DNA from: Octopus bimaculoides
Taxonomy: Eukaryota
Length of the DNA: 64,000 nt
Reading direction: 5' to 3'
Assembly (NCBI RefSeq): GCF_001194135.2
Contig: NC_068989.1
Location: 70,275,769-70,339,768 of the forward strand
Shown: positions 25,954-38,481 of the stretch, one piece after another
Layout of the letters: each line of letters begins with the position of its first letter
How positions within the stretch are numbered: position 1 is the first letter of the stretch
Program-made: the position numbers and the translations under genes
Notes under the pieces: model-generated
What the model saw: only the letters and a program-made list of their open reading frames with translations
Databases searched by the model: none
Told to the model about the DNA's origin: nothing

Positions 25954-28900
25954 TACATATATAAACCATGAATACAAAAACCAACAAAAAATAAAAAACA
26001 AATACTCACCTTTGGACCATTATTGTGTATCGGTCAACTTTGTCACCAAGATTTCTTGTAATAGCACGAATAGTGTTTAAGTTTCTAAAAGGAAGAACAT
26101 TATTTAACCAACTTAGTATTTGCTTAGTATGAAGTGGTCTTATATATTATTACTAAACACAAGAAATTTTAAGAACTTCATAATAAGGTGCAGGTGTGGC
26201 TGTGTGGTAAGATGTTTGCTTCCTAAACCACATGGTTGTGTGTTCAGTCCCATTCTGTGGCACCTTGGGCAAGTGTCTTCTACTATAACCCTTGCCAACC
26301 AAACCCTTGTGAGAGGATTTGGTAGACAGATACTGAATAGAAGCCTGTCATATATACGCGTGTGTCCTTGTGCCTGTTTTGTCCCCTACCACTGCTTGAC
26401 AACCAATGTAAGTATGTTCATGCCCTTGTAACGTAGCAGTTCAGCAAAAGGGTCTGCTGGTGACAAGGGGCCTCTCACTCAGAGTAAAAAGCAGACTGTA
26501 TGAGGCATGTGTACAAACAGCCATGCTTCATGGCAGTGAAACATGGGCTGTGACTGCTGAGGACATGCGTAGGCTCGCAAGGAATGAAGCCAGTATGCTC
26601 CGATTGATGTGTAATGTCAGTGTGCATACCCAACAGAGTGTAAGTACCTTGAGAGAAAAGTTGAACCTAAGAACCATCAGTTGTGGTGTGCAAGAGAGAC
26701 GATTGCACTGGTATGGACATGTGGTGAGAATGGATGAGGATAGCTGTGTGAAAAAGTGCCACACCCTAGCGGTTGAGGGAACCCTAGAAGAGGCAGGCCC
26801 AGGAAGACCTGGCATATCAAAAAAAATCAACAAAAATATAAATACAAACAGAAAATTAATTCTTTAGACAAACCTGATGACTAAGATTAAGGTACATGGC
26901 ATTTCTTTCAAGACTTGCATAATCTCATCAAAATGATGGACAACATTTGTTTTCATTTCATCTATGTCTTCTGGGGTCATCCTGCTTGGAAGGCGAATGG
27001 AATTTCTCACAACAGGCCTTTGAACAAGAATCTCACAGAATACAGCATGATCTAAAAAAAAAATTACATTGGTTTTTATTTTTTTTACTAAGAAATATCA
27101 AAGCATCTCATTGTGATATAATTATAAATACTATATCATTACAATGCAATGACATCAGTCACAGCCCAATAATGTGTCTTCCTATACACCTTGTTTATTA
27201 AGAGAATTTTCACCTAAGACTACTTTCATAGAGAAAGGTCTTTTCATGTTTAAGTGTACACAAAGGTGTTAAAAACAATCGTATGTGTATATATTTCATT
27301 CAACATCGCTTTGTGTGCCTCCAGTTACTTTATTCCACTTTGACTAAGCTTTGGACATACCATCAGATATACTATTTGCTGAGCTGTTCTTACAGGGCTG
27401 TAAGCGACTGATTTGGTATTTGTAGCTGAAGTGCAACGATGCAGAAACTCATTTGTCTTATGATCTAATAGCATCATTCATAGCCAAATGATGTTTTCCC
27501 ACATACTGTCTATGAGGAGAATTTTCTTCTGAGATAATTTCTGCAGTGAATGGTTTCCCCACAACCAAGTATATATAAACATGTTAAATATATTTTATTC
27601 AACTTACAGGGCTATAAATGACTGGTTTGGCATTCATAGCAGGTGAAGTGTTACAATGCAGAAACACATGTATCCTATGATCCAATGATATCATTCATAA
27701 CCAATATGAATATGACTGTACGCTTGTATACATCACAGAATACTATACAAATAAAAAGAATATAAACTAGCAAAAAACAAATATTCAACCCTGCTTTAAG
27801 TTAGAGATGCTCTGTTGTGGCAGAAGATTAGAAAGGGTGGACAAGTAAGCCTGCAAGAGTGACAGATGGTTAGGGATGACAGTGAATGGTAAACAGGGGT
27901 GGAGGCATGGTCAACAGTGAACCTTAGTTCAGGAGAAGATGATAAGAAATCAAAGTGGCTCAGGAAGAAAGGGGAGGTGATAAGTAGCAAACATTTATTC
28001 TCAGAAATATACTCACTTGAGACTCCCAAAAGTCTGGAATACTCTTGCATGCCAGCTTCATCCTTTAACACTATGGCCTTGAAAATCCCACAAAGTGCAA
28101 GACGTTCATCCTCTTTTAACTGATTATAGAGACCATGATCCAGAATTACAAGTTCTCCCTGTCCTTTCTTCCCTTTCCGAACAAACACTGCAAATAAACA
28201 TTTATAGACCAATGTAAGAAGGTTCAGCTAATTAATAAAAACCACTAATGACTTATACAGCCAATTAATATTTACAGAATAAAATATTAAGTTTGATAAA
28301 TACCACGATCTTGTGATCGGGAGTGCAACACTCAAACCACTAGGCCATATGCCCTCACAATAATAATAATAATAATAATAATTCTCAAGTTCTTATGTCT
28401 ATATTCTATATATTGAGGTGCTATCAAAATGTTCCCAGACTAGTTATATTTAATAAAAAATAACTTATTTACCTAAGTTTTATCATCTTCTCCTTCGAAA
28501 GAGTCACTTTGCACAGCACTACACCAGTCCCAGCATTCCTGCCACTTTTGGAATCTGGCCTAGACGTTTTCTGTAAGTGAGTCAAAGACCTTATGTGATT
28601 CACTCTTGAGTTTGACAACGGTGTTAAAACAGTGACCTTTGAGCTGTATTTTCATTTTGGGGAAGAGATGGAAGTCTGTAGGTGCTAAATCTTGTGAATA
28701 GGGCAGGTGTGGAAGCAATACCATGTTGATTTTGGTGAGAAACTCACAAGTGAGGAGAGCTTGGTAACAGGCATTGTCATCATGAAGAATCCAATTCTTT
28801 GCACTCCACCGATCCGGTCGCTTTTACCGAATGTCCTCCCTCAAACACTTCAAAACATCACAGTAGAAATCTCGATTGACAGTCTGGCCCTGGAGGATAA

Positions 28901-29910
28901 ATTCTTGATGCACAATACCACAGATGTTAAAAAAATCCATTAGCATGCTTTTGATTGAGGTGTGGCTCTGTCATGCCTTCTTCAGTCATGCATATGAAAG
29001 GCTATTCCATTGTGACAACTGCTGCTTTGTCTTTGAAGCATGCACAATGTCTCTGTAGCAGACTTCCCAAGTTTAACACCAAATTTCACATTGGCTCTTT
29101 GTTCCAACTTTCAGTCCATGACAAAATCGCAGACTACGGCATACATGTGATCACAAAAACTCAAATTTCACAACTTGTGAAGTAAACACTGCAATGTCAC
29201 TCAGCACACTGCCTTATGAAGGTCACAGCTACCTCTCAATGTGCACACAACCATGTGCTGCCATCTGTTGGCACACTACAGAACTAGTCCAGAAACACTT
29301 TGGTAAATAATCTTGTGTGTCTACTCTCAAATGATATTTGAACAGAGATACATAAAATTAAGTGCACTACTGTAATATATTAGTACCACTAGCATAGCTG
29401 GGCAGGGGAGCAGTTTGCCCCGGGCAGCACTTTTAAAGGGGCAACACTTTTGGGTCTGCTGTAGACAATATGTTTTTTGTATGATCTGGGGGCCAGCAAA
29501 CGGCAGGACCACTCCAGGCAGCACATACTCTAGCTATGCTAGTGATTGGTACTAGACTACCATGTGCATATAAGAGAGTTTTATATTCAGCTGCATCTAC
29601 TACAGGACATGTCAAGTATTTACTTATATTATCCATCCAAGTAGACCAAGCAGCATTTGAACATAGATTAAAATGATGAAGCTAAAAACTTTAAGACATA
29701 TACTCTAGCTTTCTTGTTCTCTACTGCTGTAATTTTAAAAGCCATTCAAACTATAAGAATAGTTCGCATTAATACTAGTTTCTTCAAAGTGCTTAATAAT
29801 TCACTGTGGGAATGTTTTATTAAGTCAATGGTGGTGGTGGTGGTGGTGGTGGTGGGGATGATGGCAACGAGTGATGGTGGTGGTGCTAGTGATGATAATG
29901 ATAACAGTGG

Positions 29911-29953
<43 letters not shown>

Positions 29954-32900
29954 AGACAGACAGACAGTCATAAATTCCCAGTTCGCTCTTACCGTTTCCT
30001 GGATGAGGATCCCCATGCACAAAACCACTGCGGAATATCTGATCGGAGAAGCAGTTAATGAGCTTTCGATTGATCTGAAATTTTATTAACAGGTAATAAT
30101 TAAACATACAGTGAGATGCTGTGACAATTGTCTTTTCAAATATCTAAACACATAATTCAGATTAAAGATTAAAGTGCAATTTATCATCATCATTATCCTT
30201 TAACATCCATCTTCCATGTTGGCAAGGGCTAGGAGGTTCAACAGGATCTGATAAGCCAGAGTACTGCAGTGAGCTCTAGTATCTGCTTTAATATGGTTTC
30301 TGTGGCTGGATGCCCTTCCTAATTCCAACTACATTACAAAGTGTACTGAGTGCTTTTTCCATGAAACAAGCACTAATGAAGTTACCAAAACTCCTCGACT
30401 GAGATTGGGTGCAGGATTGAGAGAGGTGGCTTTGTGTTGGGTGTTGAGAGACTAAAGTAATAACAGGGGGACACATATACATACATATATGTGTGTGTGT
30501 GTGTGTGAGAGGGAGAGAGAGAGGCTTGTTTCAGCTTCTGTCTACCAGATCCATGCACAATGCTTTGGCCAGCCTGGAACTATAGTGGAAGGCATACAGT
30601 AGGGCTAAACCCAAAACCATATGGTTGGGAAACAAAGTTTTTTAACCAAACAGCCATACCTGCACCTATAAGCACCTCACTCCCCTTACGCCTATATATA
30701 TATATATATATGATTAAATGCACTATTGTAATATATTAGTACCACTAGCATAGTCTCTGGGCAGGTTTATTCAGCCTCAAACTGTATAATATTATATATG
30801 ATTCTACATGTAACCAACTCTGTGTTTAAATGCTTTCCGCAATAAACACACACTTCAATTAAATGGCTCTGAGGAAGCTATAAGATGCTGCATGAGCACT
30901 CACCTCTGAGTGCAATGCATCTTATATCAGAAACAACTGTAAACTGATGGAAACATTTACACAACACCTGTTCTTTTGTCAATCATTGATATATATATAT
31001 ATATCAAATTATTATGATCTCAAGCTCAAATTCACAGCCTCCACATCAGACCATGGTTGGTTGAGAGAACATGTTGAGGCCTTCATCCTGCAGTAAACTG
31101 AACATAGGAAATCCAATCCAATTTATGCTTATATTATTCAATATCATTTACATTAAAACCTTGGTTTAATCCATAATTTTCAAGAAAAAGAGAAACTAAA
31201 ACATAAAGAAAAATAATCAAACTAAAAATAATAAAATTACATACATCCTTTGGAAAAAGTCCCATTTCTTGTATTCTTTCAATATCAGTTATCTTACATC
31301 CATCAATGAACTCTGTAGTTAGAACTCTCTAGATAGAGGAGGAGAAAACAACAAAATTAGATTGTATTGCTTAATCCTTTCACTCTGAAATTAAATTTCA
31401 TGGTTATTTATTTTTCATTAATTATGTTAAATATCTAGCAAAGAAAAGAACTGGTCTTTTCTGCAAGTCACACTGTCTCCAATAAGCTTCAAATATCTCA
31501 ACAGAAAATAGTTTCAAAACAACATTCCACAACAAAAGACAAATTGGTATATAAAACTGCTGTTGTTAAGGGTAATGTAATTTAGAATAGATCCTGGCTT
31601 TAAGGGTATCACGAAAGGCCTGGTTGGAGGCCAAACCTTCCGAGTTCTTTTACAGAACTTAGAAAAACTGAAGGACTGCTGTAATAAGCTGTGAATCTGA
31701 GAGGGGAATATGTTGAATAAAATCATAATTAACTGATCCTTCTGTATTTTTATTTTACCCAAAGCCAGGAACTTTTCAGCACTCCCACGTATCTAGTTTC
31801 TGCAGTAAAAGGCTTAACCACTGATTCTTTTGATGCATGTATGTGTGTTGTTGTGTGTGTGTGTGTATGTGCATTACACATGTTTGTGTCTCCTTGTCAT
31901 GAAAGAAAAAAAATCAAACCTTGCTGGTTGAACTCCAATCAATCACTGGTACATGCACATACTTTAGATGTTTGAGATCTTCAGCACATTTTTCACCATT
32001 CCGAGCTTCATTTATGAAGTCAAGTTCTTCAGCCAAAGTAGATTTCAACTCCTACAGAATCAAAAAGAAATTTTTTTTTTTAATTAAATTTTGGAACGAA
32101 AGAAAGAAGAGAGTAGTCCTGCAGGCCAGGAGGAGGTGGTGGGAAGAGGAGACAGCAGTACCTAGTAACAGTAAATTTACAAATCTGAAAATTTTAAATT
32201 TATTGATTGCCAAATGGTAAGGTCCAACATGCAAACAATAAGCAGGGTTTGAGAGCCAATAACTAAAATTTACAGGTGTACAAATTTGTTGTTATTGTTG
32301 GTGGTGGGGGAGATTAAAAGATAAAAATACACATAAACAGACAGGTTTGATATACAAAAAAAAATTAATGATTTAAACTAAAAATCCTTGACCATGTACT
32401 ATTTAATATAAGACTGCTGTTAATGCAGCCTGAGTTGTAATATAAGGTGGCAAGCTGGAAGAAACATTAGGTGAAATGCTTAGTGGTATTTTGTCTGTCT
32501 TTACAGCATCGACCGCGCTCAAATGATGCTTTTTACATGCCAGCTGCACAGGAGCCAGTCAGGCGGGACTGGCAACGACCATGCTCGAATGATGTTTTTT
32601 ACGTGCCACTGGTACAGGAGCCAGTCAGGCAACACTGGCAAAGATCATGCTCAAATGGTGCTTTTTATGTGCCACCAGCACAGGAGCCAGTCAGGTGGCA
32701 CTGGCAACAATCATGCTCGAATGGTGCTTTTAACATGCTACTGGCACAGGTGCCAATCAGGCAGTACTGTCATCGGCCTTGACAACAATTTCACTTGCCT
32801 TAACAGGTCTTCGCAAGTGCAGTTTATTGCCCAATTATTGAAGGGTACTCTTAAGTGGGCAGATTATGCTGCACTGGCAGAGGCCACAGTTATGGTTTCA

Positions 32901-35900
32901 CTTGGCTTGATGGGTTTTCTTCTCAAGCACAGCATATTGCCAAAGGCCTTGGTCATTTGTCATTGCCTCCATGAAGCCTAACACTCGAAAAGTGCTTTTT
33001 ACATACCACAGGCACAGGTGCTAGTTACACAACACTGGCATCAGCCACATTGCCTCTGTGAGGCCCAATGTTCCAAAGGTGCTTTTTACATGCCACCAGC
33101 ACAGGTGCCAGTTACATGATACCGACAACATACTGTAAGACAATATCAATCATTTCTTTGTTCATTTTACATCCATTTTTCTATACTTGAATGAGCTGGA
33201 TGAATATGTTGAGGCAATGAGGCATGTACATATACATACACATATGTATATGTATTTATGTACATATCTGTGTACACACACAAATATGCTTCTTTTAGTT
33301 TCTGTCTACCAAATCCACACACAAGATTTTAGTTAACCTGGGGTTATAGCAGAAGACACTTGCCCAAGTTGCCTGTAGTAGGACTGAACCCAAACCTACA
33401 CGATTGGTAAACAAACTACTTAACCGCACAACCATCTTGCACCCATATAGCAAAGCAAATGTATAGTTTAACATACCTGTAATACCCATCCAAAGCCAAA
33501 ATTTGGATGAACCCATTCAATCAACTTTAATATGATTTCACAAGTCAGAATGTCCCCAAAAAATCGATCATGAAGATCAATATATTGGATCTGAAAAAAA
33601 AACAAAAAAAACAGCAGAACAAGAAACATTAATACTTTTAATCCAAGAACAATAGTCAAAAGAAAATTTTAAGAGAGTTTAACGAAATCTCAGGTCAAAA
33701 AACATTCATAAAAAGTAACTAATTATCCTTTTTATTACCATGTTTCTGTTGAAATATACTGTCATTGTTTCAGATTATTTCGAAATCACTGAAAAATTTA
33801 GTGAAAATAACTTTATCATTATTAACTCTGTGTTTTGAATATAAATTATCATGAAATTTTGATGGCTGGTTTGCATTTAGATCGCTTTAATTTTTTCATT
33901 ACTATATTTTTGTTGGAATAAACTGCCTGTTTCAATTATTTTTTAAAATAACAAAGAACTTAGTAAAAAAACTTTATCATTATTAAGCTGGTGTTCAAAA
34001 GATAAATCAACATGAAATTTTGAAGGAAGGTTTTAATTTGAATTAAATCACTTTAAAATAGCAAGTTTGTATCATAGTACCAGAAACAGTCTTAGGCAGG
34101 TTAGTATTAAAAAGGTTAAATATATAAATGTTTTCTCAATATTATAAATTATAATATTTTGTGGTAAAAAAAATATATCTTTGTATTTACAGGGGTGGAG
34201 ATATGTAATCATGTGACGTTCATGTTTTTCCTGGTTATATTACAACAATAAGCAAAACAATTCCAATGAGAACTCCACAGTGGCTACCTCAACATCATTA
34301 TAGGCACTGTAGCACACACCACCACATCTCTATAGACATCATACCATCAGCTACACCAAAACACCTACTGCATTACCACAAACACTACAACACCAACCAT
34401 ATCACCAAACATACTGTAGAACCTACTACTACATCACCACTTAACTAGGAACTGAATTTCTTCACCTCCTTATCAACATCATTGTTTTAACATCCACTTT
34501 TCCATGCTTGTATAGGTTAGATGAAATTTGTTGAGGCAGAATTTCTACAGCTGGATGCTCCTCCTGTCACTAGCCTTCAGAGATTTCCGAGCAAAGTAAA
34601 ATTTTTCCACAGCTAGACATATTTTTCACAGAAGGTCGGGAATGAATGACACCACTTGTGTGACCATTTCTTCACAAAGCACAATATTAACCCTTTAGCA
34701 TTCAGATTATTCTGTCCAATGAAATGCTTATTTATTCACCTTGTTTTAAATTAGTGATTGTTTATTTTAAGAAAAACATTATCAGGAAAGTGTGAGAGGC
34801 TGGATCTGGCCAATTTGAACATAAAACAAGTAGAATATTTGGGCCAGATATGGTCAGTTTAAATGCTAATGGATTAAGACAAGGTGACAGAAACAAATGC
34901 TCACATATACATACACACACACACATATGATGAACTTCTTTAAGTTTTCATCTACAAAATCCACTCCCAAGGCTTTTGTAGGCCAGGACTATAGTAGAAG
35001 ACACTTGCCCAAGGTATCCAAAGTGCCACACAGTAGAACTAAATCTAACCACTTGGCTGGGAAGCAAAATTCTTAACCACTTAGCCATACCTGCACTTCC
35101 TTATGTCACATAAAGTAGAATTAGAAAAACAAATTATTGGTGTTTGAAAGAATCAGTAGAGCACTTGTGGTATTTAATTATCATTCCTTACATTCTGTGG
35201 CATAAGGCTGTCTGATAAGAGGAAGAGTGAGGACTTGATGGGAATGCTGGGGTTGGAGGAATCAGTGGAATGGCTGGTAAGAGCGAATGGAGTGCGGTGG
35301 TATGGGCATGTGTTGAGGAGGGATGAGGAGCAAGTTCTGAGGAAGGTGCTAGAGTTTGAGGTGAGTGGGCAGCGAAAGTGAGGTAGACCAAGGAAAATGT
35401 GGAAGGGACAAGTGGAGGAGGAAATTGGGAGGGTTGGCTTCAGAAGGGAGAATGCCCAAACCAGGCAAGATGGCAAGATAAGCTGGTGTGAGGGCGGTTG
35501 CTATGGCACTGAGGTAGATCCGGCCACCCCCATTAACAGGGGACAAAACTCGGATTCAAAATGATGGATGGTGATTCCTTACATTCTGAATTCAAATCCT
35601 GCTGAGCTAAACTCTGCCTTTCATCCTTTCAGGATTAACAAAATAGAGTACCAACGGAGTACAAAGATTGCTTTAATCTATTGTTTTCTATTGCCAAAAT
35701 TGTATAGCCTTGAGTCAAACATTAGAAATGGTTATTATTGCAGTAAATATCATGTAACTAAAACCAGTTTTTCAAATTTGCTTATCCCAACACATTCCTG
35801 AAATAATATCCAAATGATTTTGTTAATCATGCCAAACCTTTATTTAATTGTAGTTGTCTCTCATCAGAATTAAAGAGATTTTGCTTGTTTTTTTTTTGTT

Positions 35901-36250
35901 TTGTTTCGTTTTTTTTATATATAGCAGAGCGAGATCGTTGCCAGTGCCCCTGGACTGGCTTGTGCGGGTGGCACATAAAAGACACCATTTCGAGCGTGGC
36001 CGTTTTCGTGCGGGTGACACGTAAAACCACCCACTACACTCTCTGAGTGGTTGGCGTTAGGAAGGGCATCCAGCTGTAGAAACTCTGCCAAATCAGACTG
36101 GAGCCTGGTGTTGCCATCCGGTTTCACCAGTCCTCAGTCAAATCGTCCAACCCATGCTAGCATGGAAAGCGGACGTTAAACGATGATGATGATGATGATG
36201 AATGAAAATGTGATGTCAACAATTTTAACCAACCAAACAAGGCAATGTAT

Positions 36251-36286
<36 letters not shown>

Positions 36287-38419
36287 TTGTAGATAACCAT
36301 GATTAAATAATTAATGTCACCACAGGTTAGCACTAATTTGATAATAGCTTACATTTCTTATCTTTTATTTTAGTCATTGGAATGTGGCCATGCTAGGGCA
36401 CTACCTTGAGAGGTTTTAGCTGAACAAATGGACCCTCAGTACTTAAATTTTTTTCTGAGTTTTTTAAAGTATAGTACTTATTCTATCAATCTTTTTTGCC
36501 AAGCTACTAGGCTACAGGTAATATAAGCAAACCAACACCAGTTGTCAAAGAGTGTAGCAGAACAAACACAGATATAAAGACACACAACAGGCTTCCACAC
36601 AGTTTTCATTTGCCAAATTCACTCACAAGGCATTGATCAGCCCAAGTCCATAGAAGACACTCGCCAAAGGTACTATGCAGTAGAACTGAATCCAAAACCA
36701 TTTGATTACAAAGCAAGCTTCTTAACCACACAGTAATGCCTGCCCCTACATGTGAACAGTAATAGCTATATCAAATAATTTGGTTTGAGAAAACGTAAGA
36801 GCCTTAACTGTTTCATTAACATACTTTACTTGAAATTACACTCCTTTAGTTTTAATTAATTTTGAAAAATAATGAAGAATTTTGTAAAATACCTTTGTCA
36901 TTATTAATCTGGTGTTTGGAACATGAAATTTTGACAGAAAATTTAATTTAGATTACTTTGAAACAGGAAGTTTATATCATAGAACCAGATGACATCTTGA
37001 ACGACTTGGTATCAAAAAGGGCTTAACCTCTGTGTAAGCAATGAATTAAAATAAAACAAAAATTTCAATACAAACACTACCGGTATAATATATACATATA
37101 ATATATTATAATGTATTTATCACTTGTTTAACTCTTTTGTTACCATATTTCTGTTGAAATACACTCCACTAGTTTTTATTAATTTTGAAGACAATGAAGA
37201 ATTTACTAAAAAATCTTTGTCGTTATTAAGCTGGTGTTTGAAACATAAATTTAACATGAAATTTTGATGGGAGATTTCATTTAAATTACTTTAAAACAAG
37301 CAGTTTGTACCATAGAACCAGAAGCACTCTTGAGCGACTGGGTATCAAAAGGGTTATAAACAATTTATAGAAATATTACAAATAAAAGGGTAAAGGATTA
37401 TCAATTTATTAATTTATTAATAAATTAATAATTAATAATTTTTACCAAGTCCTTCGGTATGTAAACACCATTATCGGTGAAGAACTTATTTAAAAGTTCT
37501 TATACATTTATAAACATAATTAAGGGATCAGCAACAGTTGCTTCACCACATACTGAAGTCCAGAAATAGCAGCTAAAGTGCTGAAACTCCAACAGATAGC
37601 AATACTTGTAACTCACAAAGGCAAAACAAGAAGAAAAAATAACGAAACTAACCATGGTTTTTCTTCTTGTTTTGCCTTTGTGAGTAACAAGTATTGCTAT
37701 CTGTTGGAGTTTCAGCACTTTAGCTGCTATTTCTGAACTTCGGTATGTGGTGAAGCAACTGTTGCTGATCCCTTAATTATGTTTATGAATTTATATAAAT
37801 ATACCTTAACTGCAACTTCTTCCCCTGAGTGTGTTATGGCTTTGTGTACTTGAGCCAAACTGGCAGCTGCAATAGGTGTCTTTTCAAAATATTTGAACAT
37901 GGTGTAAGGACTTGCATTAAAATCTTCTTTAAATAATTGCTCGATCTGAAATAAAAATGAGTATCAAAGTTTTGTTACATACAAAACTAGAATGTAATCA
38001 GATAAAGTTAAGTAACAATAGCAACTGAAACAGGGTTATGTTGAAGATGATAATAATGTAAACTTAAGCTTTGTCTTAAAAGAAATATTATTTGTCTGAA
38101 TAATTCTTATAGAATGTTTCAAGATAGTGTAAGAAATGCTAAATCATTGTTTGTTTTAATGTCCTCTTTTCCATACTTCCATGAGTCAGACAAAATTTAT
38201 AGAGGCAGATTTTCTATGGCCAGATACCCATTCCTATCATCAACCCTGACCTATTTCCTAGCAAGGTAATATTTCCCCATTTTACAGAGTTTAGAAAAAC
38301 TGAAAGGTCACTGCAATAAGTGTGTGAATCTGAGAAGGGAATATATTAAATAAAATCATAGTTAACTGATCCTCCTGTATTTTCTTTTACCCAAAACCAG
38401 GAACTTTCCAGTACTTCCT

Positions 38420-38481
<62 letters not shown>

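Noticed and set aside
29714-30107. Poly-D/H/M/I ORFs
   Set aside because: Translations of (GAT)n/(GGT)n microsatellites; only 29993-30074 is a true exon
32505-32770. CRISPR-like regular repeat array
   Set aside because: Units are contiguous diverged tandem repeats without unique spacers, lie inside a LINE 3' UTR in eukaryotic DNA, and there are no cas genes
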